64,000 bases of DNA. It comes from an uncultured Gemmatimonadales bacterium (GTDB lineage: Bacteria; Gemmatimonadota; Gemmatimonadetes; Gemmatimonadales; GWC2-71-9). Below the pieces are notes generated by a model. The model worked only from the letters and a program-made list of their open reading frames with translations, was not told the origin of the DNA and searched no databases. Numbering within the stretch: position 1 is the stretch's first letter; each line of letters opens with the position of its first letter. The DNA is taken from NCBI GenBank assembly GCA_963771275.1, contig CAVYSW010000003.1:704001-768000 (forward strand), in the 5' to 3' direction. The translations under genes and the position numbers were made by a program. Below are positions 42,735-56,200 of this stretch, one piece after another.

Positions 42735-43717
42735 CGACCAGCCCGTTCCTCGAGCTGCGCGACGAACGCGGGGTCCACGTTCCCGCCGCTCACCACCAGC
42801 ACCGTGGGCCCGCGCGGCGTGAACGCCCGCGCGCGCAGCGCGGCGGTGGTGGCGGCGCCGGACGGCTCGACCAGCAGATCGAGTGCCCGCTTGAGCCACA
42901 CGGTGGCCTCGATGATCGCGTCATCGGACACCGTCACGGCCTCCACTTGGTCACGCACGTGGGCGAACGGAATCGGCCCGACGGACACCGGAAGCAGGCC
43001 GTCGGCGATGCTTTGCGTGCTCGCGAGGCGCACCACATGACCGGCCCGGAGCGCGGCCCCCATCGCCGCCGAGCCCTCCGGCTCCACCGCGATCACCCGA
43101 GCCGTCGGTACCAGCGCCTTGATGGCGATGGTGATGCCGGCAAGCAGCCCGCCACCTCCCACCTGCACCGCCACGTCGGCCACGCCCGGCAGGTCCTCCG
43201 CGATCTCCAGGCCGACCGTGCCCTGCCCCGCGATCACGTCCGGATGGTCGAACGGCGGGACCATGACGAGCCGCTGGGCGGTGATGATCTCCTCGGCCTT
43301 CGCCTTGCGCTGCTCGGAGGTGGTGCCCGCGAACACCACCTCGCCGCCCCACTTCCTCACGCCCTCGACCTTCTTGACCGGGGCATTCTCGGGCATGACG
43401 ACCACCGCCCGGAGCCCCAGGCGTCGGGCGGCATAGGCCAGCGCCTGACCGTGGTTTCCCGAGGAATAGGTGATGACGCCCCGGCGGCGGACCTCGAGCG
43501 GCAGCCGCCGCACGGCGGTCCACGCGCCGCGCAGCTTGAACGCCCCGGTGGGCTGCCGGCTCTCCAGCTTGAGATAGACCGGCGCGCCCGCCAGAGCCTC
43601 GAGCGCCTCGACGCGAACGAGTGGCGTGCGTTCCGCCACGCCCACGAGCCCGGCTGCGGCCTCGCGAATGGCGTCGAGCGTCACGCGGGCGGGTACGGCG
43701 GTCGCGCCAGCGGTCAT
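42731..43717 (-). CDS. Threonine/serine dehydratase (PLP, no regulatory domain)
   Basis: GAFKLRGA, SSGNHGQ, VGGGGL, EPSGA, SGGN. Confidence 0.92.
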   Translation of the reverse strand: MTAGATAVPARVTLDAIREAAAGLVGVAERTPLVRVEALEALAGAPVYLKLESRQPTGAFKLRGAWTAVRRLPLEVRRRGVITYSSGNHGQALAYAARRLGLRAVVVMPENAPVKKVEGVRKWGGEVVFAGTTSEQRKAKAEEIITAQRLVMVPPFDHPDVIAGQGTVGLEIAEDLPGVADVAVQVGGGGLLAGITIAIKALVPTARVIAVEPEGSAAMGAALRAGHVVRLASTQSIADGLLPVSVGPIPFAHVRDQVEAVTVSDDAIIEATVWLKRALDLLVEPSGAATTAALRARAFTPRGPTVLVVSGGNVDPAFVAQLEERAGR

Positions 43718-43752
43718 CAGCTCGCCAATCTACCGATCATCCGGAGCCGCCG

Positions 43753-46287
<2,535 letters not shown>

Positions 46288-46506
46288 GCGTGTTCCTTCG
46301 CGATGCGGAAGAAGGGGCCCGGCGGACCCCTTGGAGGAGTCTACGAAACGTAGTCGGTGACGCCCTGTTTTTCAATGGCTTGCAGCCGACTACAAGCTCG
46401 TTGTTCGACAAGCAGCTTACAGTCTCTGATCGGGCAGCCGTTTAATTCAGGCATGGAAGTGTGCCACATTAACGTTGAATCATATTTGGCCGCTCATCGA
46501 GAGTCA

Positions 46507-46812
46507 GTGACATGCCACGCAGATCCGCCGCGCCGGGTGCGGGAACCGATCCAGGTCTATCTCGACGTCGACGAGCGCGCCCTGCTCGATCGGGTCGCGG
46601 CGGAGACCGGTCTGTCCCGTGCGGAGATCCTGCGGCGCGGGCTGCGGCAGTTCGCCGCCGAGCAGGCTGGGGCCAAGAGTCCGATGCTCGAGTTCATGGA
46701 GTCGCTGGGCGATCTCGACCTCCCGTCCGATCTGTCCGAGCGGCACGACGACTACCTGGCCGAGATCTATGAGGCGGAGGCAAACAGGCGCGACCTCGAG
46801 AAGCCGCGGTGA
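46507..46812 (+). CDS. CopG/RHH antitoxin (VapB-like); start uncertain
   Basis: EPIQVYLDVDERALLDRVAAETGLSRAEILRRGL...DLSERHDDYLAE; overlaps the PIN gene start. Confidence 0.78.
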   Translation: MTCHADPPRRVREPIQVYLDVDERALLDRVAAETGLSRAEILRRGLRQFAAEQAGAKSPMLEFMESLGDLDLPSDLSERHDDYLAEIYEAEANRRDLEKPR

Positions 46813-47237
46813 CTCAGCGCATCCTGCTCGACACGTCGGGCTGGGTTGCGGCGCTCAATCCGCGCGACCAGCACCACGTCATCGCCAGAGACTACTACCG
46901 GCGCGCCCTCGCCGAGCGCCAGACCTTCGTCACAACCAATCTCCTGCTCGCAGAGACGCATGCGCTGGTGGCCCGGCGGGTGGGGGAGGCCGCCGCGCTC
47001 GCCCTGCTGGATCACCTCCCGCGCGATCCGCTCCATGAGGTGGTCTGGAGCACCCCGGATCTCGAACGGGACGCCATCGACCGCTGGCTGCGCCCCCGTA
47101 TCGGTCAGGGTATCAGCTTGGCGGACGCAGTGAGCTTCGAGGTGATGCGCCGCGAAGGACTGCGCACTGCCTTCACGCTCGACCGGGACTTCGAGGTCGC
47201 GGGGTTCGAATGCATGCCGCGGGCGGGAGGAGCGTGA
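46809..47237 (+). CDS. PIN-domain toxin (VapC-like)
   Basis: ILLDTSGW, AET, SLADAVSF, FTLDRDF acidic PIN motifs. Confidence 0.92.
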   Translation: MTQRILLDTSGWVAALNPRDQHHVIARDYYRRALAERQTFVTTNLLLAETHALVARRVGEAAALALLDHLPRDPLHEVVWSTPDLERDAIDRWLRPRIGQGISLADAVSFEVMRREGLRTAFTLDRDFEVAGFECMPRAGGA

Positions 47238-47379
47238 GGGGACGGGCCCGCCTTGGCCGACCACCCTCCGAGGGCGCCGAGCCCGAGCGTGTGGCTGCGC
47301 CGGTGGGGTCCTAGGAAGCCGCTGAGAGCGGCCACTCGGCAACGGACTGCCCGATGAGACGGGCGGCAAGATCCCGAGG

Positions 47380-48603
47380 TCAGCGGTTCCGGATCCTCCC
47401 CCGCACCACGGACGGCAGGTCCAGGGAGTCGAGCGCCAGCGCGTAGAGATGATCGCCGCGTACCACCATCACTCCCGAGATCGCGAAGTCGGTACGCGCC
47501 ATGCCGAGGTAGCGTCCCTCGGGATCGAACACGTCGAACGTCACACCCGCGGGGTTCCTCGCGCCCGCGGGCAGCGTCGGACGCACCCAGAGGTAGTCTC
47601 CGTCATCCACGTACAGCTGATTGACCGCCGGCTGCGTCTTGCCGAACCGGGACTCGTTGACATCCCCTCCCCACTCGCGAAACGGCTTCAGGCGATCGAC
47701 CTCGCGCGCGCGATCGGCGTCGGTGACGGGCACCGACTGGTACTTACGCTCCACGATCCGCACGGTATCCCCGTCGAACGCCTGGAACACGATGCGGTAC
47801 CGATCGGTGATTGCCGAGACCAGAAAGCTCCGCGGATCGATAGTCCACAGCAGGCGGGGGGCGAACGGCACGGCCATGCGAATGATGCTGGTTTCGATGC
47901 CCGAACGCCGGGTGGCTGCAAAGGTCGGGGTCTCGAACTCGGGAATCCGGACCGAGTCCATCACCTCCGCCGAGTCGCCCAGCTCGAGCAGGATCTCATG
48001 CCGGCCCTGGAAGACCCTGCGCTCAGGGCTCTCCACCGCCACGTCGAACACGGCGCCGACGTCGTAAAGGTGACCTTGGTGATCGAAGCCACCCCGCCAT
48101 CTGCCGGACGTCGCTGCTCCGGGTCTCCGGCGGATGGCGAGAAACGTCCCGGCCGTGTCCCACACGGAGTAGCGCGCGGCTTGCGGGTCGACCACCCAGA
48201 GGTGCCCGTCGGGAGCGAAGGCGATCCCGGTCGCGGCGAGTAGCTCTCCCGGCCCTCCACCCTTCCTCCCGAGGGTCCGGACATAGCGACCCAGGGTATC
48301 GAAGACCCGGATGTCCTGAGCCTGGCCATCCAAGACGTATATCCGTCCCGCGGCGTCGACCGCGAGGTCCCGCACCTGTCCGAACGTGTCCGGGCCCTCG
48401 CCGTCGGCGGCGCCGATCGAGAGGTCCCGCTCGATCCGCCAGGCCTGGTCCGGACGCCACCCGCCGGCCGCGGGATTTCGGACCACCACCACGCCGCTGG
48501 CCAGTGTATCCACGCTCCCCCGCCAAGTGCCGTCAGGAGCCCGCTCGCCCGAGCAGGCGGCCAGGAGCCCGGCGAATGCGAGGGCGGCAACGCTACGCGA
48601 CAC
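47380..48603 (-). CDS. 6-bladed beta-propeller lipoprotein 1
   Basis: Lipobox [42 protein letters not shown]. Confidence 0.85.
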   Translation of the reverse strand: MSRSVAALAFAGLLAACSGERAPDGTWRGSVDTLASGVVVVRNPAAGGWRPDQAWRIERDLSIGAADGEGPDTFGQVRDLAVDAAGRIYVLDGQAQDIRVFDTLGRYVRTLGRKGGGPGELLAATGIAFAPDGHLWVVDPQAARYSVWDTAGTFLAIRRRPGAATSGRWRGGFDHQGHLYDVGAVFDVAVESPERRVFQGRHEILLELGDSAEVMDSVRIPEFETPTFAATRRSGIETSIIRMAVPFAPRLLWTIDPRSFLVSAITDRYRIVFQAFDGDTVRIVERKYQSVPVTDADRAREVDRLKPFREWGGDVNESRFGKTQPAVNQLYVDDGDYLWVRPTLPAGARNPAGVTFDVFDPEGRYLGMARTDFAISGVMVVRGDHLYALALDSLDLPSVVRGRIRNR

Positions 48604-49039
48604 GGATCGACGTGACGACGTCGTTCTTCCTGATCGCGTTTACCACGTCCTGACCCTTGGTGACCTGGCCGAAGATGGTGTGCTTGCCGTCGAGGTGCGG
48701 CTGCGGCGAGTGGCAGATGAAGAACTGGCTCCCGCCGGTGTCCTTCCCCGCGTGGGCCATCGAGAGCGTCCCCGCCACGTGCTTGTGCGTGTTGAGGTGG
48801 GTCTCGCACTTGATCTTGTAGCCCGGGCCGCCCGAGCCGGCGCGGCGGTCGTTCGGGTCCTTCGAATACGGGTCGCCCCCCTGGATCATGAAATTGTCGA
48901 TCACGCGGTGGAACCGGGTGCCGTCGTAGAACTCCGAGTTGGCGAGCTTCGCGAAGTTGGCGACGGTGCTGGGCACTTCCTTGTCGAACAGCTCGGCGAC
49001 GATGGTCCCGCGGCTGGTCTCGATCGTGGCGGTCTTCAT
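48593..49039 (-). CDS. Cyclophilin-type peptidyl-prolyl isomerase
   Basis: [42 protein letters not shown]. Confidence 0.96.
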   Translation of the reverse strand: MKTATIETSRGTIVAELFDKEVPSTVANFAKLANSEFYDGTRFHRVIDNFMIQGGDPYSKDPNDRRAGSGGPGYKIKCETHLNTHKHVAGTLSMAHAGKDTGGSQFFICHSPQPHLDGKHTIFGQVTKGQDVVNAIRKNDVVTSIRVA

Positions 49040-49151
49040 CAGGCGGCTTCCGGTTGGCGGTTGCTGCAAAGTAACCCGTCAAGGGACTTGCGGTTCCCCT
49101 GTCGCGCCGGCACTCTCCATCCCCTGCGTCCATCCCAGGAGACGTTACTCC

Positions 49152-49592
49152 ATGCCCGCTCGCCCGCTTCTGCTAACCACGATCCTCGCCGCCGCCTGCG
49201 CGACGACAGCTCCGCCGTCAGCCCGAGACCTGACCCCGGTGATCCAGACCATGCTCGACAGCTCGGCGGTCGCGTGGAACGCCGGGAACCTCGACGGGTT
49301 CATGTTCACCTACGCCCACGACTCGGCGACGGCGTTCATGACCCCGGGCGGCCCGGTCTATGGCTATGACGCGATCCGGGCGCGCTACGCGCCGCGGTTC
49401 GAGCCGGGCGGCGTGCGCGACTCCCTCACCTTCACCGACCTCGTCGTACGACCGCTCGACGCCGACTACGCGATCGCCACCGCGCGCTACGTGCTCAGCC
49501 GCGGCGACTCCGTGACGGCGACCGGGCCGTTCACCGTGGTGCTGCGGCGGCAGCGCGAGGGGTGGCGGATGATTCACGACCATACCACGTAG
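49152..49592 (+). CDS. NTF2-like (DUF4440-type) lipoprotein
   Basis: LAAAC lipobox; AWNAGNLDGFM..Y, G.FTVVL, WRMIHDHT. Confidence 0.85.
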   Translation: MPARPLLLTTILAAACATTAPPSARDLTPVIQTMLDSSAVAWNAGNLDGFMFTYAHDSATAFMTPGGPVYGYDAIRARYAPRFEPGGVRDSLTFTDLVVRPLDADYAIATARYVLSRGDSVTATGPFTVVLRRQREGWRMIHDHTT

Positions 49593-49687
49593 GAGCGGCA
49601 GGGGGGGCAGGAGCGGCAGGAGGGGCGGGGGCAGAGATAAGGTATGGAACCGGGCACTAACCCCTGCCCCTCCCCCCTTCTGCCCCC
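49593..49687. repeat. Inverted nonamer element (GAGCGGCAG family), intergenic
   Basis: gagcggcag ggggggcag gagcggcag gaggggcgg gggcagag - spacer - cccctgcccc tcccccc ttctgcccc. Confidence 0.8.
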
Positions 49688-49688
49688 G

Positions 49689-50060
49689 TCACCGGCCGCG
49701 AATCGGCACGAGGGTGCGGCATCCGTACGCATCCGTCGCCGCCACAAGGGACACGCTCACACCCGCCGCCGCCGTGTCGTTGACCGGGAAGACTCGGCAC
49801 GTCTGGATCGGATACAAGGGCCCTCGCCATTCGGTACCGGTGAGCACCAGCAGCCCACCCGACCCGTCGGGGCGGGCATCGCGCACCACCGGATCGGAGC
49901 TGTCCGGCATCAGACCGGCGAGCGTGACGCGCGGGAACACCTCGCCGGTATCGCTGAACCACTGGAGCAGCGGGCGGCCGGGCCAGTCAAAGGGATCGCC
50001 CGGGGTAAGCACCAGCACGGCGTCCCGCCGAGGATCGAACCGGAAAATGCGCTCAAGTCT
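49689..50060 (-). pseudogene. Gene fragment of unknown family (C-terminal ~120 aa only)
   Basis: Protein-like open frame RLERIFRFDPRRDAVLVL...TLVPIRGR preceded by an in-frame stop, without a clear start or RBS. Confidence 0.35.
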
Positions 50061-50081
50061 TCATGAACTACGGATGAAGTC

Positions 50082-51419
50082 CTACTCATGGCCCGCTCTA
50101 ATCTCTGCGCCTCTCCCCTGCGCCCCCGTTGCCCCCTCACCCCCCTTGAGGATCCTCGCCCGCACCACGAACGGCACCTCCAGCTCGTCCTGCGTCACGC
50201 CGTAGATCATCCCATTGCGGAAGACAGGTGTGGGATACTCGCTCAGCCGGAACGGCAGCCGCACACGGCCGAGGTAGCGGCCCTCGGGGTCCAGCACGTC
50301 GAACAGGCGGTCGCGGTCCTTCCGATCGCGCGTGGTAAGCTGCACCCAGAGGTGGCCGTCGTCGGCCAGGTAGAGCGAGCTGAGCGCCGGCTTGGTGCTC
50401 GGTATCCGCGAGCGATCTACCTTTCCGCCCTGGCTGGTGAACCACTTCAGGCCGGCAACCGCGCTGTCCACATCTTCGCTCGTCACGGGAATCGGCTCGA
50501 ACGCCATCTTCACCACCCGCAGCGTGTCGCCCGCGCGACCGAGCCGCAGCAGCTCGTAGGGACCGGTGAGCGCGGCCCAGAAGTCGCCCGCGCTGGTGAG
50601 CCGCCACTCCAGCGCCGGGCTGAAGGGGACTCCGCTGCGCATCCGGCCACCCTGCGCGGTGCGCAACTCGAAGAAGTTCTCGGCACCGGGGTAGCGAGGT
50701 GTGCGGATCGAGTCGATCGGCTTCAAGGTCGAGTCGTAGCGGACCAGCAGTAACTGGAAGTCGCTGGCCTGGAGGTCGGGCGTGTAATTGTAGAACACGC
50801 CGGCCGTGTCGAATCCGCCGGGCCAGGGCATGAACACGAACCCACCCAGCATGTAGTGGCTGCGGACGAACGTCCCGGCCGTGTCGATCACGGAGATGCG
50901 GTTATTCTGGGGATCGATCACCCGGAGGTTCCCGTCCGGCCCCCACGTCATCCCGATCGCCTCAGCGAACTCGCCCGGGCCGCCGCCCTTCCGCCCGATC
51001 GTCCGGACGTACCGTCCGTCGCGGTCGAAGACCCGCAGCTCCTGAGCCTGGCCCTCGAGCACCCAGATCCGCCCGTCGCGATCCACCTCAAGCGCATCGA
51101 CTTGGCCGAACAGGTCGGGGCCGGTGCCTTCGAGCGTACCGATGTGGAGATCCTCGCTGACCCGCCAGCTCGATGCCGAGTCCCAGACTCCCTGAGGCGG
51201 GTTGGTGACGACGATGGTGCCGCTGGGGAGCGTGTCGATGGTGCCCTGCCAGCGTCCCGTGGCCATGTGGGCGTCGGCGCAGGCGAGGAGCGCCAGGAGC
51301 GGCACAGGCAGCAGAGGCGGCAGATGGTGGTCGAGATTGGCAATCCAGCCGCGGACGATCGCTACCAGGTGCAGTATTCTGATGCCGCGATCGATCAGGC
51401 CTCGGTTATTCTCGGGCAT
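50082..51419 (-). CDS. 6-bladed beta-propeller lipoprotein 2 (atypical N-terminus)
   Basis: LLALLAC lipobox; [32 protein letters not shown]; paralog of 47380-48603. Confidence 0.85.
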   Translation of the reverse strand: MPENNRGLIDRGIRILHLVAIVRGWIANLDHHLPPLLPVPLLALLACADAHMATGRWQGTIDTLPSGTIVVTNPPQGVWDSASSWRVSEDLHIGTLEGTGPDLFGQVDALEVDRDGRIWVLEGQAQELRVFDRDGRYVRTIGRKGGGPGEFAEAIGMTWGPDGNLRVIDPQNNRISVIDTAGTFVRSHYMLGGFVFMPWPGGFDTAGVFYNYTPDLQASDFQLLLVRYDSTLKPIDSIRTPRYPGAENFFELRTAQGGRMRSGVPFSPALEWRLTSAGDFWAALTGPYELLRLGRAGDTLRVVKMAFEPIPVTSEDVDSAVAGLKWFTSQGGKVDRSRIPSTKPALSSLYLADDGHLWVQLTTRDRKDRDRLFDVLDPEGRYLGRVRLPFRLSEYPTPVFRNGMIYGVTQDELEVPFVVRARILKGGEGATGAQGRGAEIRAGHE

Positions 51420-51513
51420 GCATGGTCACCGTCGACTGGTGGTTTGGCGGCAGTCGCAGACCCTGGTGCAGCGTAACAACTACTACACAGATCAGGCAAC
51501 CGCGCCCCACTTC

Positions 51514-52820
51514 TTACCGTGACCCCCGCAGGAGTGCAGTCGGCAATGGCGGTATCATCGTGGCGAGGAACACCGGGATCCCCAAAGTGTCCGGGACCAC
51601 GAACCACGCGATGGAATCGCGAACGATGTCGGGCAGGCGGGCGTGGGGCACGCTCAAGGAGCCGCGATACCCCGTGCGGGCGTGATACAGATATCGGCGA
51701 TCGCACTGTCCCCTCCCCAGCGCAACGCCCAGGCAGTCGAATCCGACCCCAGCACGACATCGATGTACCGAGGCATGTACGTGGCCCACTTGCCCTCGAA
51801 CAGTTGGCGCTGGGACACCCCGAGAAACGGCAGTTTCTCGTCCGGGTCCAGGGTATGTCGCCGCAACTCGCGCTCGCGTTCTGCGCGGTCGACCTTCCTC
51901 GGCGCGAGCTTGACGGCAAAAGACGAGTAGAGTGCAGCCGACTCACCGAAGAACCACACTCCATATCGGTCGTAGGAGATGGCGACCAGGAGCCCGCCGT
52001 TCCCATCCCAAGTTCTGCCGTGACTGTTGAGGTAGGGGCGCTGTGCCGGGTACCCCCTCATGTCCAGTCCCGCGAACTGTACCCAGCTGTTCCGTAGAGC
52101 CAGAACGGTCGTCCAGGTGCTAGAGTCATCCGGGACCACGCCTTCGACCGACAGCATGGTGCGGACATGGGGATCAGATGAGTTGACGTCCCCCTTCCCG
52201 CTCCGGCTCGCGAGCAATCTGTCGTACGCGCGCGCTAGATGCACGTCGTAGGTAGCGACAAGCGGTGTCCTATAGGTCTGGAGCGTCGCTAGGTACTTGC
52301 CGTTTCGAGCGTACCACTGGATTCCACGACTATCGGCTAGCGCGAAGCCCTCGGGGAATGCGGCCAGGCGATTCCTCGCAGTTCCCCTCATCGCAAGACC
52401 GACGAAGTTCAACTCACCGGGACCAGGACCCTCTCGACCGAACGTGAGCCGGGTGACGCCCAGCGTATCCATTACGATCACCCGGCTGAGCATCATGTCG
52501 AGAACCGCCAGCAATTCCTCCTCTGGATGCCAGTCGATCCCGCCGATGAGGCTGAGAGGCTCGGATGACCTGACGTGCCAACGAATGCGCAATGGCGCTG
52601 CCAAAGGCACGACATGCTCACCATCCTGCGCCAGCAGGCTCCGCTCGCACATCACCTGCTCATCGGCTGATCGAGGGTCGGTTACTCGCTGGGCGCGCCG
52701 CCCCTCCGCTTCGCTCCTGCAACCAGCCAGCGAGACGCCGAGGAGGGTGCATAGGGCCAGAAGCAACACGGCCCCATGTCCGATGGTTGCGCACGATCCG
52801 GCACATCGGGAGCTTGTCAC
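51514..52820 (-). pseudogene. Divergent 6-bladed beta-propeller lipoprotein 3 with frameshift near the 3' end, lower GC
   Basis: SLAGC lipobox, FGREGPGPGEL; family-like C-terminus (LYHARTGYRGSL...PDTLGIPVF) continues in another frame to 51514. Confidence 0.7.
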
Positions 52821-53010
52821 TAGCTCACGCTCCCAGCGTGCATCGGCGACGACGGGTCGATACGGCGCAGCCCCGACATAGTTCAAGGTGTTCTTGGTGC
52901 CGAACGACCATCACTATTGATCGATCCTTCGACAGTTGTCCCACGTCGAGCAGCCGAGTTGGAGGTGATCTGCCCATCGACAAGGGGGCGAAGTCGCCGC
53001 GTAGAGAAAT

Positions 53011-53250
53011 CGGGACTTGCAGTGCGTGGCGCAACCCGCGACTCATCTATCGTCTGACCAAACAGCTTCCGCCGGGCCGAGTTGCGTCGCTTCCTCGATA
53101 GCTCCATTGGCAGCCTGGCCGAGATCGACGCCATGATGGACACGCTCGGCACGCTCTACGATCTCGACGCGTCGCTATGCACTGAGATCGAGTCCACTCG
53201 CCGCACCGTCAACGCTGGCCTATTCGCGCTCCTGCGCGGCCGGGGGCGCG
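53011..53250 (+). pseudogene. Four-helix-bundle (23S rRNA IVS protein/Avd-like) gene remnant with internal deletion
   Basis: LIYRLTKQLPP joined out of frame to RAELRRFLDSSIGSLAEIDAMM; the central QLRRAA.S...NIAEG segment is absent. Confidence 0.7.
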
Positions 53251-53251
53251 G

Positions 53252-56200
53252 TCACGCGGGAGCGCCTGCCGCTCCGGCCGCGTCTGCCGCCCCTGCCGCT
53301 TCTGCCGCTCCGGCCGCTCCCGCCACCACCCCCGCGGCCACCCGCTCCCGCTCCGGCCCCCGCTCCAGCAGCGAGTAGATCGCCGGCGTCACGGTGAGCA
53401 CCAGCAGGGTCGAGCTCGACAGCCCGCCGATCAGCGACAGGCCCAGCGCATTCCAGATGTTCGAGTCCGCGTAGTCGCTGAAGAACACCAGCGGCAGCAG
53501 CCCGAAGATGGTGGTGAAGCTGGTCATCAGGATGGGTCGCACCCGTTCGATGGTTCCGCGAATGGTCGCCTCGCGGAGCGGGAGGCCGTACGAGCGGCGC
53601 AGCAGATTGATGTGGTCCACGAGGAGGATCGCGTTGTTCACCACGATGCCGCCCATCATGATCACGCCGATCACGGCTTCGCGGGTGAAGCTCGCGTCGG
53701 TGAAGTAGAAGATCAGGAACACGCCGATCAGCGCCATCGGGACGGTGAGCAGCACGCAGAGCGGCTGCCGCAGCGACTCGAACAGCGCCGCGGTCACCAT
53801 GAACACCAGCACGAGCGAGATGGCCAGCACGCCGTAGAGCTGCTTGGCTTCCTCCGTCGACCAGCGCCATTCCTGCTCGCCCTCGATGGTGTAGCCCTCG
53901 GGGAGCTGGGTCGCCGCGACCACCGCGTCGCGCACCCGGTCGCCCAGCTTGGTGGGGCCGCGGAACTCGTAGCTCACATAGCGCTGATACTGCTGGTTCT
54001 CCCGCTCGATGCGGCTCAGCACCTCCCGGTCGCCCACGGTCGCGACGTCGCCCAGGCGGACCCCCTGGCCGTCCGGCGTCTGGAGCAGCAGCTCGGGCAG
54101 CTCGTGGATGTCCATGTTCTCGTTGTTGGCGAGCTTGACGTCGAAGCGCAGCTCGTCGCCCGCGACCCGCACGTACCCCCGCCGTACGGTGCCCTGCACC
54201 GCCGAGGCGACCTGATAGACCACGTCTTCCGCGGTGAGCCCGTGCAGGCCCAGCCGCTGGCGGTCGATGGCCAGCACGAACTCGCTGGCCTTGTCGCTGG
54301 TGTACCAGCCCCCGGCCGAGTTTACGTCCACGTCCCGAATCCGCGAGAAGCGCTTGAGCCGTTGTCCCAGATCTTCGGCGATGTCCCGGACCGTCTCGTA
54401 GTTGTAGCCCAGGATCTTGATCGAGTAGTTGGGCGGACTGGCGCCGCCCCCGTAGAACGACGGCCCGTAGCCGTACACCCGCACCTCGGCCCCGCCGAAC
54501 AGGTTGCTGTAGGCCACCATCTGCTCCTTGATGGCCACCGGGATCTGGGTGTTTTCGAGGGAATCGGGGAACGTCACGCGGATGAAGGCGTACTGCGGCG
54601 CCACCTGGGTCACGTAGCGTTCGACCTCGGGGGTCTGTGCCAGCTTCTGCTCGAAGAAGCGGGCGAGCTCGTCGGTGCGCTCCAGCTCCTCGCCGCGCGG
54701 CAGATTGATCTGGATGCTGATGTAGGTATCCTGCCCGAACCACGACCGCCACAGCACCCCGCGCGTCACGTACTTGTTGAACACGTAGTACGACCCGCCG
54801 AGCCCCGCGAGCGCCAGGAGGATCGTGACCCACGGCCAGCGGAGGGTGAACCTGATCATCGTGGAGTAGACGCGGACGTAGATGGGGCGGGCGGGCGGGC
54901 CACCGGCGGCAGGAACGCTGGCCGCGGGAATGGTGCCACCGCCAGTCCGCCGTCCCGCACTTGCGCCGAGCGCCTTGGCCGCCAGCGCCGGAATGAACGT
55001 GAACGCCACGAACAGGCTCGCGAGCAGGCTCATCCCGACCACGATCGCGAGCGGGATGTAGTAGGCCCTGAGCTCACCCTGGAGGTACACGAACGGGATG
55101 AACACGATCACCGTGGTGAGCGTGGAAGCGAGCACCGCGAGCACGACCTCCTTGGCGCCTTCCTCGGCGGCGCCCACGACCCCGGTCGCCGTGCCCGCTC
55201 CGCGCTGGCCCGTCTGCCATTTTCGGTAGATGTTCTCCAGAACGACGATGGCGTTGTCGACGATCAAGCCGAATCCCATCGCCAGGCCCATCAGGGTCAG
55301 CACGTTGAGCGAGTAGCCGCCGAAGTAGATCAGGTTGAGCGTGATGAGGATCGAGAACGCGACCGTGGCGAACACGATGGCGGCGGAGCGGAACGACCGG
55401 AGGAACGCCAGCAGGATCACGAACACGACGGCCGCCGAGATGATGGCCCGCACGCGCAGGTCCTGAAGCTGCGTCTTGATGGCGTCGCTCTCGTCGGCAT
55501 CGAGCAGCACGCGCACGCCGGCCGGGTGGGTGGTCGAAAGCTCGGCCATCCTGCCCTTCACCCGGTCGGCGACGGCCACCGTGTTGACCCCCACCTCCTT
55601 GTGGATGGTGAACGCCACCGCCGGCATGCCGTCGATGCGGTAGAGGCTCTGGGGCTCCTCGTAGGTGTCATGCACGGTGGCCACGTCGCTCACGCGGACG
55701 ATGCGGCCGCGGTTGGTGAGCAGCGGCGCGCGCCGCACCTCATCCGGGGAGTCGGTGCGCTGCCGGATGGCCAGGGTCCGTTGGATGCCGTCCACCTCCA
55801 CCACGCCGGCGTCGGTCACGTACTCCAACTGCATGATCCGCTGCCAGATGACCCGGGGGAGGAGCCCCAGCGCGTTCACCTTGTCTTCGTCGAGCACGAT
55901 CTCGAGCACGCGCTCGCGGCCGCCGTACGCGTCGATGCCCGCGACGCCGTCGACTTGGAGCACTTCCGGGGTGACCTGCTCGTCGAGGTAGGCGCGCAGC
56001 GCTTCGAGCGTATAGGGACCGGTGAGGGTGTAGCGCAGGAATGGGCGCTGCTGCTGGCGGAACTCCTCGGGAACGTAGGGCGTGATGGTCGGCCCGATAA
56101 CGCCCTCGGGCAGATCCTCCTCGATCGCCGCGAGCCGCTCCGACAGCTCCAGGCGTGCGAAGTCCATGTCGGTGCCGCGCGCGAACTTGACCGTGATCTG

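Noticed and set aside
53011..53378. Diversity-generating retroelement
   Set aside because: Only an Avd-related fold remnant; no reverse transcriptase and no TR/VR pair differing at adenines seen
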